A stretch of DNA of 33,938 nt from Octopus bimaculoides (lineage: Eukaryota): NCBI RefSeq assembly GCF_001194135.2, contig NC_068994.1, forward strand, positions 2,183,016 to 2,216,953. Direction: 5' to 3'. A model generated the notes under the pieces. It saw only the letters and a program-made list of their open reading frames with translations. It searched no databases and was not told the origin of the DNA. Both the position numbers and the translations under genes were made by a program. Positions 12,643 to 23,236 of this stretch are shown here, one piece after another. The number at the start of each line of letters is the position of its first letter. The first letter of the stretch is position 1.

Positions 12643-12845
12643 AATCATCATCATTATCACCATCATCATCATAATCACCATCATCATCATTATCACCATC
12701 ATCATCATTATCACCATCATCATCATTATCACCATCATCATCATTATCACCATCATCATCATTATCACCATCATCNNNNNNNNNNTCACCATCATCATCA
12801 TTATCACCATCATCATCATTATCACCATCATCATCATAATCATAT
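12643..12845. repeat. 18-bp minisatellite (TATCACCATCATCATCAT)n
   Basis: About 10 near-perfect units, interrupted by a 10-N gap at 12776-12785. Confidence 0.9.
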
Positions 12846-13056
12846 CATCAAACGTCACCACCACCTCCTCCCCCACCCCATCATCGTCATTGTAGATAAG
12901 AAGTATGTTTTACAGTGTTATGCTGCGTTGTGGCCATAATGCTATAAAATCGTTGCATAACACATGAATATATCTGTTGGAGTCGGCAGTGAGGTCAAGA
13001 TATGTGTGGCAGTACACATGGTGTATGGGTGTGTAGTGTATGTAGATATATGGTGG

Positions 13057-13100
<44 letters not shown>

Positions 13101-13371
13101 NNNNNNNNNNNNNNNNNNNNNNNNNNNNNNNNNNNNNNNNNNNNNNNNNNNNNNNNNNNNNNNNNNNNNNNNNNNNNNNNNNNNNNNNNNNNNNNNNNNN
13201 NNNNNNNNNNNNNNNNNNNNNNNNNNNNNNNNNNNNNNNNNNNNNNNNNNNNNNNNNNNNNNNNNNNNNNNNNNNNNNNNNNNNNNNNNNNNNNNNNNNN
13301 NNNNNNNNNNNNNNNNNNNNNNNNNNNNNNNNNNNNNNNNNNNNNNNNNNNNNNNNNNNNNNNNNNNNNNN
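13101..13371. other. Assembly gap flanked by (TA)n
   Basis: N run. Confidence 1.
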
Positions 13372-14043
13372 TATATATATATATATATATATATTTATGA
13401 ATGTATGTAGGTATACATATATGAGTCTTGTAGTACATTATTGTGCGTGTACTAGAGTGGTAACAGTGTGTGTGTGTTTGTGATGGGGGTGTTGGTGCAT
13501 GTGTGCGTGTGAGATGTGAAATGAACTGTAAGAACACAAAGCTGCATTAACACTGCAAACAAAAGCTGACAGTGCAGACTTAAGAGCAAAGTGAAAAGTT
13601 AGAGTTGAAGAGGCCTCTCAGTACAATTCAATAATCAATAAAACCAATCAACTGATCAATACACTCTTTAATACTACCTCATATACATATGTACAAATAT
13701 ATATATATACATAAATGCATTTATACATAGATATACATATATATATATATATATATACACACACATGTATGTATGCATGCATAATCATTATCCACTGCTA
13801 CATGGACATGTGAAAACATTTCAATTTTGCTGACAGCATGTTATGAAAGTCTACTTGTCTGCAACTTTATAACTACTTACACATCCATACAATGTATACA
13901 TACATACATACATACATATATACACAGAGAGAGACAGATACTACATACACGCATGCATGCATTCAAACATGCATACATACACACATATATAGAGAGAGAG
14001 ATAGATAGATGGATAATACATACATACATAAATACATGCATAT

Positions 14044-14158
14044 GAGCCTGGTGCAGCCTTCTGGCTCACCAGTCCTCAATCAAACCATCCAACCCATGCC
14101 AGCATGGAAAGTGGACGTTAATCAACGACGATGACGATGATGATAATGATGATGATGA
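14044..14158 (+). mobile_element. SINE 3' end with (GAT/GAC)n tail, family A
   Basis: Inverted near-identical copy of 10310-10387, followed by gacgatgacgatgatgat. Confidence 0.85.
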
Positions 14159-14487
14159 TACGTGTGTGCGTGTATGTTTGCATCTAATCTATATATTAGG
14201 CAACTCCAAACATGAACTCTACACCTCACCCATGACGGATGCCTGCAGCTACAGTGTCCACTCTATCTGACACCCTTGCTCTCTCAGCGAAGCATTTGTC
14301 CAATGTGCAAGCTGAAATTTTGGGGCCGCAGGCTAAGCATTACTCAACCTGCTGACCATCAAATGTTGTCAGCATCCATGAGGGACCATGTGAACTCGTT
14401 GGTCGAAGCTAGCTCCACCAACCCTCGGATGAACGCTGCTACAAAGTCAAGTACAAGTATTTCAACATATATATACACGCAACTCAC

Positions 14488-14543
14488 CTGTATACACAGT
14501 CATTAATTATGAATACAATGATGAAACTTAAGAATACATACAG
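14488..14543 (-). other. Candidate 56-nt internal exon of an unidentified minus-strand gene
   Basis: Minus strand: ctcttttcatatttcctctgcag | CTGTATG...GTATACAG | gtgagt. Good polypyrimidine tract and consensus donor. The only open frame reads LYVFLSFIIVFIINDCVY. No homology recognised. Confidence 0.25.
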
Positions 14544-14913
14544 CTGCAGAGGAAATATGAAAAGAGTATGTGGGAGTATGGGGGTGGGATGTGTGCCTTC
14601 TTAGAATATAATATATATAGATAGATAGATATAAATATGTATATACGTACATATTGTTATATATTGATTGCACTTAGGTGTATGTGTTCACCTAAGTGCA
14701 ATCAAGAAAGAGGCAGAGAGTATTCAATACTAAGTGTAGAGTGAAATATCAGATTGCGTTGGAAACTGAAAACTTCCCATAGTGTTACTCCAAATTTTTG
14801 ATAAACATTGGACTCGTGAAACTAACTTTTCAGCTTTCAATAAACAGAATCTGATATTTTATGCACACACACATACAAACATACACACACACATACGCAC
14901 TCACATATATGCA

Positions 14914-14946
<33 letters not shown>

Positions 14947-15229
14947 GCACATGCCAGCTACTTTATCAATTATGCTGAGTGAATTTTATTATGACAACAG
15001 CACAAGAGGGTTCTCTTGTCCCAAGCAAGACTCAAGCAAGAACCCTCTTACTTATGTTGTCTTTGTATATGCGTCCCTTTCCTCTGCACACAGTTGAGGG
15101 AAAAGAGAGCTTGAGTGAGTGGGTGATAGAAAAGAAGCAGAGAGATAGAAGAGAGGATAATGAAGGCTAGAGCGAAGTAGTAGTGTTAATGTACAGCTAT
15201 ATGAGATTTGTTGGTAAGGATATTGGATA

Positions 15230-15400
15230 GCAATAACATGAGTGGTGTGATGGAGGGGGAGAATGTTTTAGAGAAGAAAGAATTGGATGCCATGATTAGT
15301 GCAGGGCTTGTTGAAAGAGAAGCGATGGTTGGAGCCCGCTTAACTCCAAGTGGTCATTATAGTAGCAAGAGAAAGGGTAGAAAGATGGAACGGTAAACCT
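15230..15400 (-). mobile_element. CR1/L2-like LINE remnant, ORF2 C-terminal region
   Basis: Minus strand gives YYNDHLELSGL and, downstream, SNSFFSKTFSP. These resemble the C-terminal YYN.....EL and NSFFPRT...W motifs of CR1/L2 ORF2. Short and diverged. Confidence 0.4.
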
Positions 15401-17134
15401 GTGACCAGAATAACTTGATGTCTGACAGTCACCCAATATAGCTGTATAGTTTAGTCACATTTCTCTTTTTGATGTGTCTAAAAGAAAAAATATAACTGTA
15501 GTATCTTTGTTTAAATTTCCCCCTAGACAAGCCTATGTAGTATTTGTATCAACTGATTTGAATTAGGGAAGAATCCATTCAATATTATAGTCTTATATTT
15601 ACCTGTTAATAGATGGGTTTGTAACAGGTGTAATAGCTTTAACCATTGCTCAACACGACTATGGCTGAACTGGGGTTATTCGGCAACAACAGCAATGTGT
15701 CAGTTCACAATTACTTGTATCACCCCCAAGTGTTCACTCCTCACCAAGAGATTCCCTCACAAACTCCAATGAAGAGTTACTCATGAACTGAGGATCCGGT
15801 AAATTCTGAACTTGACTCACAGTCTATGAAATCTGCTCACATTATTTTGATGAAAAATAAGAATTACAAATTTATTTCAAGAGAATATTGAAACTGTTAA
15901 AGTTCAACAGCTGTAGTTTTTTTATCTCTCCCTCCCTCCCACTCTCTCTCTCTCTTTCTCTCTTTCTCTTTGGTTAGTTGTGATTGGTTAGTTTCTAACA
16001 TTTGATGTTACACAACCCTAAAGCTATTCCACCAGACACACCACCAAACTCACTCTCAACAGGTATTTTTACAGCAGTAGTATTGCAGCAATGCGTTGTT
16101 GTGATGTTAAACCATATAACAAACTACAATTGTTCTAAAGACCACACTTCCCATCATGCATCATAAATCTAAGATAAATTGGTTGATTCCTTTGAAGTTA
16201 AAAGAGATCAAAGATAAATGGCAGACCTTTGAAGCAGTTCTGTGAGAGTTCATGACAGACCAATATAATTCTGTTTCAGTCTAAGATATAAATACGCTTA
16301 TTAACCACATCAAACCTTACTAACAGGGCTCCCTCATCTTTCTCTTGAGGTACACTCGACATTAACCAATTAATCATTATGTTATGTAATAGCTTTGGCT
16401 TGAGTTTCACTCAACAGAATCCCTTAAATAAAATTAGGGGACTTTTATTGTTTCATAAGGGAGGAACTATAGAAGAAACCATGTGGATGCATCTGATTGT
16501 TTGGTTTTTACTGTTCCGTGTTGTACAGCATGTTAGACCGTCCCTGGCCACCACATTTGGCAGATTCTGTAACATGATAGTTTGACCTTCCTTTATTTGT
16601 TGGAATAAATTCCAAGAGTGGCAGTCATGACCCTTTCACAGGGCAGTAGATTTTTAAGAAAGAGAACAGTACTGGTACTTTATTCATCCACCCAGGAAGA
16701 ATGAATAAGAAATGGACATAGAAAACAAACAGCCCAAACAATTACCACAAGGTATAATCCTAATGTTCTAACAGTCCTGTCAATCAACTGTACCACATCT
16801 GTGCTGAAAGAAATAAAATAGATCTCTAATGTTAAAAACCTATAAATATGTAACTTCTATCAAATTACTTTATTGTATATTTAAGTTTGGGATCTTAGAG
16901 AGATGTTTTAGAGACTTGTTCTGGTGAATTATTTTCTGTGACTGTGAGGTTCCCCATCCCCATAGCCTTGCTTTAAATTATCAAGAGATGCACCACGTGA
17001 CTACCCCTACATGTCAGCTGAAAATCTTTTAACACCTGTCTTCATTCATTATCTTTGGCTCCTCCCTCCAAGCACTGGACTGCCACCCACCCACCCCTGC
17101 AAATCTCCACCAATCATTGACCATCCCACATTGT

Positions 17135-17283
17135 ACTTTATTCTTTTATTCTTTTACTTGTTTTAGTCATTTGACTGCAGCCATGCTGGAGCACCACCTT
17201 GAAGGGTTTTAGTCAAACAAATTAATCCCAAAGCTTATGTTTTAAGCCTAATACTTATTCTAACGGTGTCTTTTGCTGAACCA
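17135..17283 (-). mobile_element. SINE 3' portion, family B
   Basis: ttcttttattcttttacttgttttagtcatttgactgcagccatgctggagcacc...aagcctaatacttattc is the reverse complement of a relative of 21854-22024. Confidence 0.85.
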
Positions 17284-17349
17284 CAAGAAGAAAGTGGGAA
17301 TGAGAAGGCAGAATGCATCAGAGTAAGAGAAAGAGAGAAAGCAGAAAAG

Positions 17350-17870
17350 CGATAGGTTTCCCTTTGATTTGACTTTCTGGGTGATTTTTGACCTCATGGA
17401 GGCTCTGCAGGAATGGCTGGTTTTCACTGAATGCCTACTGAATATCTTACTAGATTTATGTTGAGGGAGTTAATGCTTATCTGTTAGGTTTGAGGAGTTT
17501 CTACCAATGTTAATCTTCACAGTTTAGGGAGAAGGGAAATGTGACCCAGATAATTTCCCTACTTCTGTTTTTGCTTTTTTCTCCAGAGTTTAGGATTAAG
17601 CATATACTTAATTTTATCTTTAAATCTGCTACCTTCAAGTGCTTTATTATAGTAAGGGACTGCCTTATCATATGTCTCTTTAGAAGGAGATAAGCTGGAC
17701 ATCCTTTGGCTTATATTGGAGACTAGGTTTTTAAATATGGCTGGTGGGAATCTCTGTTAATGTATCTTAGCTTTTTGATGGGTAAGAAGAGAGAGAATGA
17801 TGATTATTACAGTTGCAGATTGTGTGGTTATAGTAATGTTGGTATGAATGATCCCTGCAATAAGTATAAT
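17350..17870 (-). mobile_element. Penelope-like element remnant, RT C-terminal and linker region
   Basis: Minus strand across frameshifts: LRYINRDSHQP / IFKNLVSNISQRMSSLSPSKETYDKAVPYYNKALEGSRFKDKIKY / REIIWVTFPFSL / VKINIGRNSSNLTDKH*LPQHKSSKIFSRHSVKTSHSC. This matches PLE consensus-like YINxxSNHP...ISxRISxLS...APYYNxAL...IIWFNPPFS..VKTNIG...LIDKHFP..HK..KIFNR..KVSYSC. Confidence 0.85.
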
Positions 17871-20408
17871 ATAATTGTAAATAGGAATAAGATTTAAAAT
17901 AGAAACAAAAATAACTGGGAACTGACAATTAAAATTGATTATAGTGAAAGTATTACTACTACTGCTAAGAAGAAGAACAACAGTAACAACTCAGTATCTG
18001 TATCTAAAAATATTAAGGGAAAACAGAATGAAATGACTTAGAATGGTAACTATTATCATAATAAACCAGGGAGTATAAATGATAACCAAGTTACATAAGA
18101 TCCTACAAAATTTTGTAGAAACAAGGTTGAAGTAACAGATTATACAAGTATAATTTGCAGTTCAACCCCCACTTTCAGTCTAAACGGTGCTTCAAATGCG
18201 GCTGGTAAATTTTCCCCATCTTTACACAGACACTTCCATGCATCCGCAAACTTTTCAATAGACACACAGTTAAACTGGCTCACTCCAAAACATCAAATAC
18301 ATAGTGAGATTTAACTGTGAAAAATTAAACTGCATAACTAGTAGCACTGTAACTGTCAACCCCACCCTTGTAATAACACCACACTGAACTCTATAAAGAA
18401 CCACAATACCATAAATAATGCAACTGATAAACAGACTGATTCACCTGGTTCTAATTATAGAACTACAAATGATAATGTGTTTTGTGTAACTGCTGAAATA
18501 AATCACTATGTCAAATCAACAACCAATGCCTAAGGCAAAACATGGTGTATAAGTGTTCCATTACTGTACTTGGTAGAGAACATTTTACATAGCAGCATCC
18601 TCTTCCACATTTATATTTCTCTTGAATAATCACAAATTTACATATAGGTATAAAAATATGGCTAGTAGTAGATCTTTGGCTAAACTTGGGCATTCTCTCT
18701 CAGCTCATAACACTGAATATAAATTGATTGGGTCATTGTTCACAAAGTACAGCCATATAAGTGTAGGGGTAAATGGTACAGGCTTTGAGTATCTAAAGCA
18801 TTCCATATAAGTAGAATAAAATTGAATATTATTAATCAATGTGACATATTGATTATGAAATATCAGCATCTTAGAAATAAATTGTACCTATACACTATGA
18901 ATGCTAAAACCACAAATTAACTGATCAGTCTGAAGCCACTCAATTTATATAATTTATAACTTGTATTTCCCTTCTGTAATGCAGAATACATTTGATTGCA
19001 ATCTATCATTCCATTAATACATAGAATTACCTAATGACTGAAATATAATTTTTAGTATACAAGTCTCTCACACTCATATACTTTTATGCTCCCGAGACAG
19101 AAGTCATTATACCTTTGATGAGTGCTTCTAGTTCTGTCCCTCTACACTCCAGAACTTCCTTATCTTGCTCTCTAATTGACTTACTCTTAGGAATTATGTA
19201 TTAGATACATATGATTTAGTTTAATTTTTTATTTTACATAAAGATAATTCCTCTGCCAGATTGGTTTTACAGATGAATTCACCCACTAAAATCTATATCT
19301 GAGATTTTCACTAAATGTAAGCATCTGGATAAGTTTCCATTATTGAAATGTACCACACTAACCTCTCTGGATTTAAGCATGTGGTCTCACAACCTTTAAC
19401 CCTTCCTTAATCAATTAACTACACCAGCCATTAATAATTCTCATAACACATGTAGCCAAAGGTCCTCAACTCTTATCTCCTCTCTCACTTCTCTCTTTCC
19501 CTTTTTACATTTACTTTTTCTTCCTATTCTTTCTTGTTCTTTCTCAATTTTTCTCAGAACACAAACAAGTCATATTTTGAGCCTCAACGATAGCTTGATA
19601 ATATGCACCAGGCCATACCACTTTGTCCAACCATTGTATTATCAAAGGCAGAAAACTCATAATTGTTTTCATCTCCATCCTAAGCATATCAAATATGCCT
19701 CTCACTGCACGGAGTGCTTTTTTGTTGCTCCCACCAATAGCAGATGCAGTAAACTATGCATGTTTCTCTCTCTTACTCACTCACTCCCTCCATCCCTCTC
19801 TCCCACCCTCCCTCTCTTTCTCTCCCTCCATCCCAGCATGGAATCAGGGACATTAAATGAGAACAATGAGGATTATATATGTGTGTGTGTATATGTATAT
19901 ATGTATATAATATAATATAATATAATAAATGTAAAAAACTCATTTCTGTGTGTCAGTGTGTCACACTTAGACCCCCACCTCTTACTATTCAATGACACTT
20001 CTACTATTCTTCATGATGGAGTCAGAGTAATAGTAGACATAGAGACAGTGAAGGCAGTGGCAAAGACAGACAGACATACAGACAGAGAGAAAGAAAAAGA
20101 GAGGGAGAGAAAGAGAGACAAAGAAATTTAGAGAGAGTTGAAGATGTTTTATTAAACGTAGTAATGCTGATGGTGGCAGTGGGAGTAATAATAGAGAGAG
20201 AAAGGGTGGGTATGAGAGGGAAATAGGGAGATGATGTACAACTTTGTTTAAGCATGTCTCTTTGACAGATATTCCTGTCGCCAACGTACTGAACACTATC
20301 ATTTTTGTATTATTTTTTTATTTTTTTAATACATATATATACATACACACACACACACATATATAAAATACACTTTAATTGAAATAAAATTTCCCCAAAA
20401 TTAAACAT

Positions 20409-21028
20409 ATCTAATATAATAAATGTGAATGTCAGTGTGTCACACTTTTTCAGCTTTAATAAATCCTTTCTACTGGAAGCAGAAGGCCTTAAATTTTAAG
20501 GGAAGGGATTAAGTCGATTACATTGACCTCAGTATGTAACTGATACTAATTTTATCAACCCCGAAAGGATGAAAGGCAAAGTCAACCTCGGCAGAATTCG
20601 AACTCAAAACCTAAAAGCAGACAAAATACCGCTAAGCATTTCGCCCAGCGTGCTTGCGATTCTGCCAGCTCACCGCCTTAATATGATATAATAATATAAT
20701 ATAATAAATGTGAATGTCAGTGTGTCACACTTTTTCAACTTTATTCCTGGATGCCGTAGCCGAACATATCATACTATTTTGGAATCAGGCTGACTCCATG
20801 AGGAAATTAAAAACATTCCAGACTGAATTTGGACCCACAATCATGAAATTTTGGATTCCCAAGTTTTCATTACTGTAATTGTTTTTGGCGATTTTTTTTT
20901 TTTACATGACTTTTTTGTGACAAATTTTTTTGTACAATAACAATTTTTATAATCTAAAGGCTAACTCCATGAATAAATTTAAAACATTCTGGGCCGAATC
21001 CAGACCTGCAATCCTGAAATTTTGGATT
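20409..21028 (+). mobile_element. Possible non-autonomous Helitron/Helentron-like repeat, 5' part
   Basis: Starts a|tctaatataataaatgtgaatgtc, similar to Helitron-N 5' TC ends. Contains an 11-bp palindrome gtgtgtcacac and a roughly 70-bp internal direct repeat (20787-20857 versus 20957-21028). No 3' hairpin-CTRR end identified; a gap follows. Confidence 0.3.
20459..20679 (-). mobile_element. SINE, family C
   Basis: aaatcctttctact...gtcgattacattgacctcagtatgtaactgatactaattttatcaaccccgaaaggatgaaaggcaaagtcaacctcggcagaattcgaactc...ccagctcaccgcc. The minus-strand 5' end begins ggcggtgagctggcagaatc (A-box-like) and contains gagttcgaattc (B-box-like). Weaker fragments occur near 8250-8290 and 10210-10292. 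Confidence 0.85.
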
Positions 21029-21358
21029 NNNNNNNNNNNNNNNNNNNNNNNNNNNNNNNNNNNNNNNNNNNNNNNNNNNNNNNNNNNNNNNNNNNNNNNN
21101 NNNNNNNNNNNNNNNNNNNNNNNNNNNNNNNNNNNNNNNNNNNNNNNNNNNNNNNNNNNNNNNNNNNNNNNNNNNNNNNNNNNNNNNNNNNNNNNNNNNN
21201 NNNNNNNNNNNNNNNNNNNNNNNNNNNNNNNNNNNNNNNNNNNNNNNNNNNNNNNNNNNNNNNNNNNNNNNNNNNNNNNNNNNNNNNNNNNNNNNNNNNN
21301 NNNNNNNNNNNNNNNNNNNNNNNNNNNNNNNNNNNNNNNNNNNNNNNNNNNNNNNNNN
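21029..21358. other. Assembly gap
   Basis: N run. Confidence 1.
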
Positions 21359-21555
21359 CTGGAAAGTTCTTGGCCGTAAGGATTTCACAAAAGGCCTTTT
21401 GGAGGCCCAACCTTCTAAGTTCTTTTACAGGTCTTTGAAAACTGAAGGACACTGCAATAAGTGTACATCTGAGAGTGGAATGTGTTGAATACAATCATAA
21501 TTAACTGACCCTCCTATATTTTCTTTTACCCAAAGCTAGGAACTTTCCAGCACCC

Positions 21556-21616
<61 letters not shown>

Positions 21617-21620
21617 ATAT

Positions 21621-21659
<39 letters not shown>

Positions 21660-21853
21660 AATGCATGCACACACCCTGAAATATATGCATAAGCATGCAT
21701 ACATATATATATACATGTAAATATATATAATATATATATATATACATATTACACACACATACATACACACACACAAATATACATAAATGCATATATATGT
21801 ATATTATATGTATATGGGGGTTATGCACGTATGTGTGTATGTGTGTGTGTATG

Positions 21854-22024
21854 CTGGTGTGTTTACGTCCCCGTAGATTAGCAGTTCGGCAAAAAGAGAT
21901 CAATAGAATAAGTACTAGGCTAACATAGAATAAGTCTTGGGGTCGATTTGCTCGACTAAAATGACGGTGCCCCAGCATGGCCGGAGTCAAATGACTGAAA
22001 CAAGTAAAAGAATAAACGAATAAG
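21854..22024 (+). mobile_element. SINE 3' portion, family B
   Basis: gtttacgtccccgtagattagcagttcggcaaaaagag...agaataagtactaggct...ggtcgatttgctcgactaaa...ccagcatggccggagtcaaatgactgaaacaagtaaaagaataa. Confidence 0.85.
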
Positions 22025-22079
22025 CGTGTTTTGGGTTCTGTTTTTCCTGTTCACATCACCAAACCTGAGCAGACACACG

Positions 22080-22116
<37 letters not shown>

Positions 22117-22130
22117 ATGTGTATGTGTGT

Positions 22131-22195
22131 TCAGGCAAGTCTCTTCTGTTGTATCTTTGGGCCAGCCAAAGCCTTGTGAATGGATNNNNNNNNNN

Positions 22196-22229
<34 letters not shown>

Positions 22230-22394
22230 GTATGTATGTATATGTTTGTGTGTCTGTGTTTGTATGTTTACATCCCTGTAACTTAACAGTTCAGCAAAAT
22301 TTCTAGGTTTACAAAGAATAAGTCCTGGAGTCAGTTTGTCTGTGCTCCAGCATGGCCACAGTCAAATGTCTGAACCAAAAAGAAGAATAAAAGA

Positions 22395-22397
<3 letters not shown>
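22131..22397 (+). mobile_element. Degenerate SINE, family B-like, with internal microsatellite and 10-N gap
   Basis: ggcaagtctcttctgttgtatctttgggccagccaaagccttgtgaatggat...gtttacatccctgtaacttaacagttcagcaaaa...ctccagcatggccacagtcaaatgtctgaacc...aataaaagaata. Confidence 0.7.
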
Positions 22398-22432
<35 letters not shown>

Positions 22433-22684
22433 CTGCTATATACTATGTTACAAGTGATTGAATGTTCTTTATTTAGCACGGCAAGCAGGCCGTGAAAATC
22501 CCTTGCATCCGATGCTGTCAGCTGGTCCATTGGATCAGCTGAGAATTGTAGGGCACAGCCTTAACAACTTCACCCAATAGAAAGAGGAGTATGTGTGTCA
22601 ATGCGTGTGCATGTGTATTTGTGTAGGGATGGATGTGTGAATGTATTTATGCTTCAGTATATGCATGCATGTGAGTGAATGTAT

Positions 22685-22694
22685 GTGTTTAAGC

Positions 22695-22773
<79 letters not shown>

Positions 22774-23157
22774 TGCACATATACACACATCCACATATAG
22801 ATAAATATATGCATCTATACACACGCACACATATATATATATACATATAATATAGGTATGTATATATATGGCTGCAAATATCTGCACATACATATATGAA
22901 TGTAAGTAAGCATGTATATCTGTAATATATCTGTATGTATATGTATACACATGCATACACACATATATGTATATATATGTATATATATATGGGTGTGTGT
23001 GTCTGAATATATGTATTATGTATGCATGTAAGAATATAAGTGTGTATACATATATACACACATATATATGTATATGTACATAAATACATAAACACACATA
23101 TATGTAGATATATATACATACATATATATGCATATATATATGTATAGATATATGTAT

Positions 23158-23230
<73 letters not shown>
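22685..23230. repeat. Compound (TG)n/(TA)n microsatellite field
   Basis: Directly visible; pure (TA)n at about 23165-23230. Confidence 0.9.

Positions 23231-23236
<6 letters not shown>

Noticed and set aside
12631-12939. Histidine-rich 102-aa ORF
   Set aside because: It is the translation of the 18-bp (CAT)-derived minisatellite and spans a gap.
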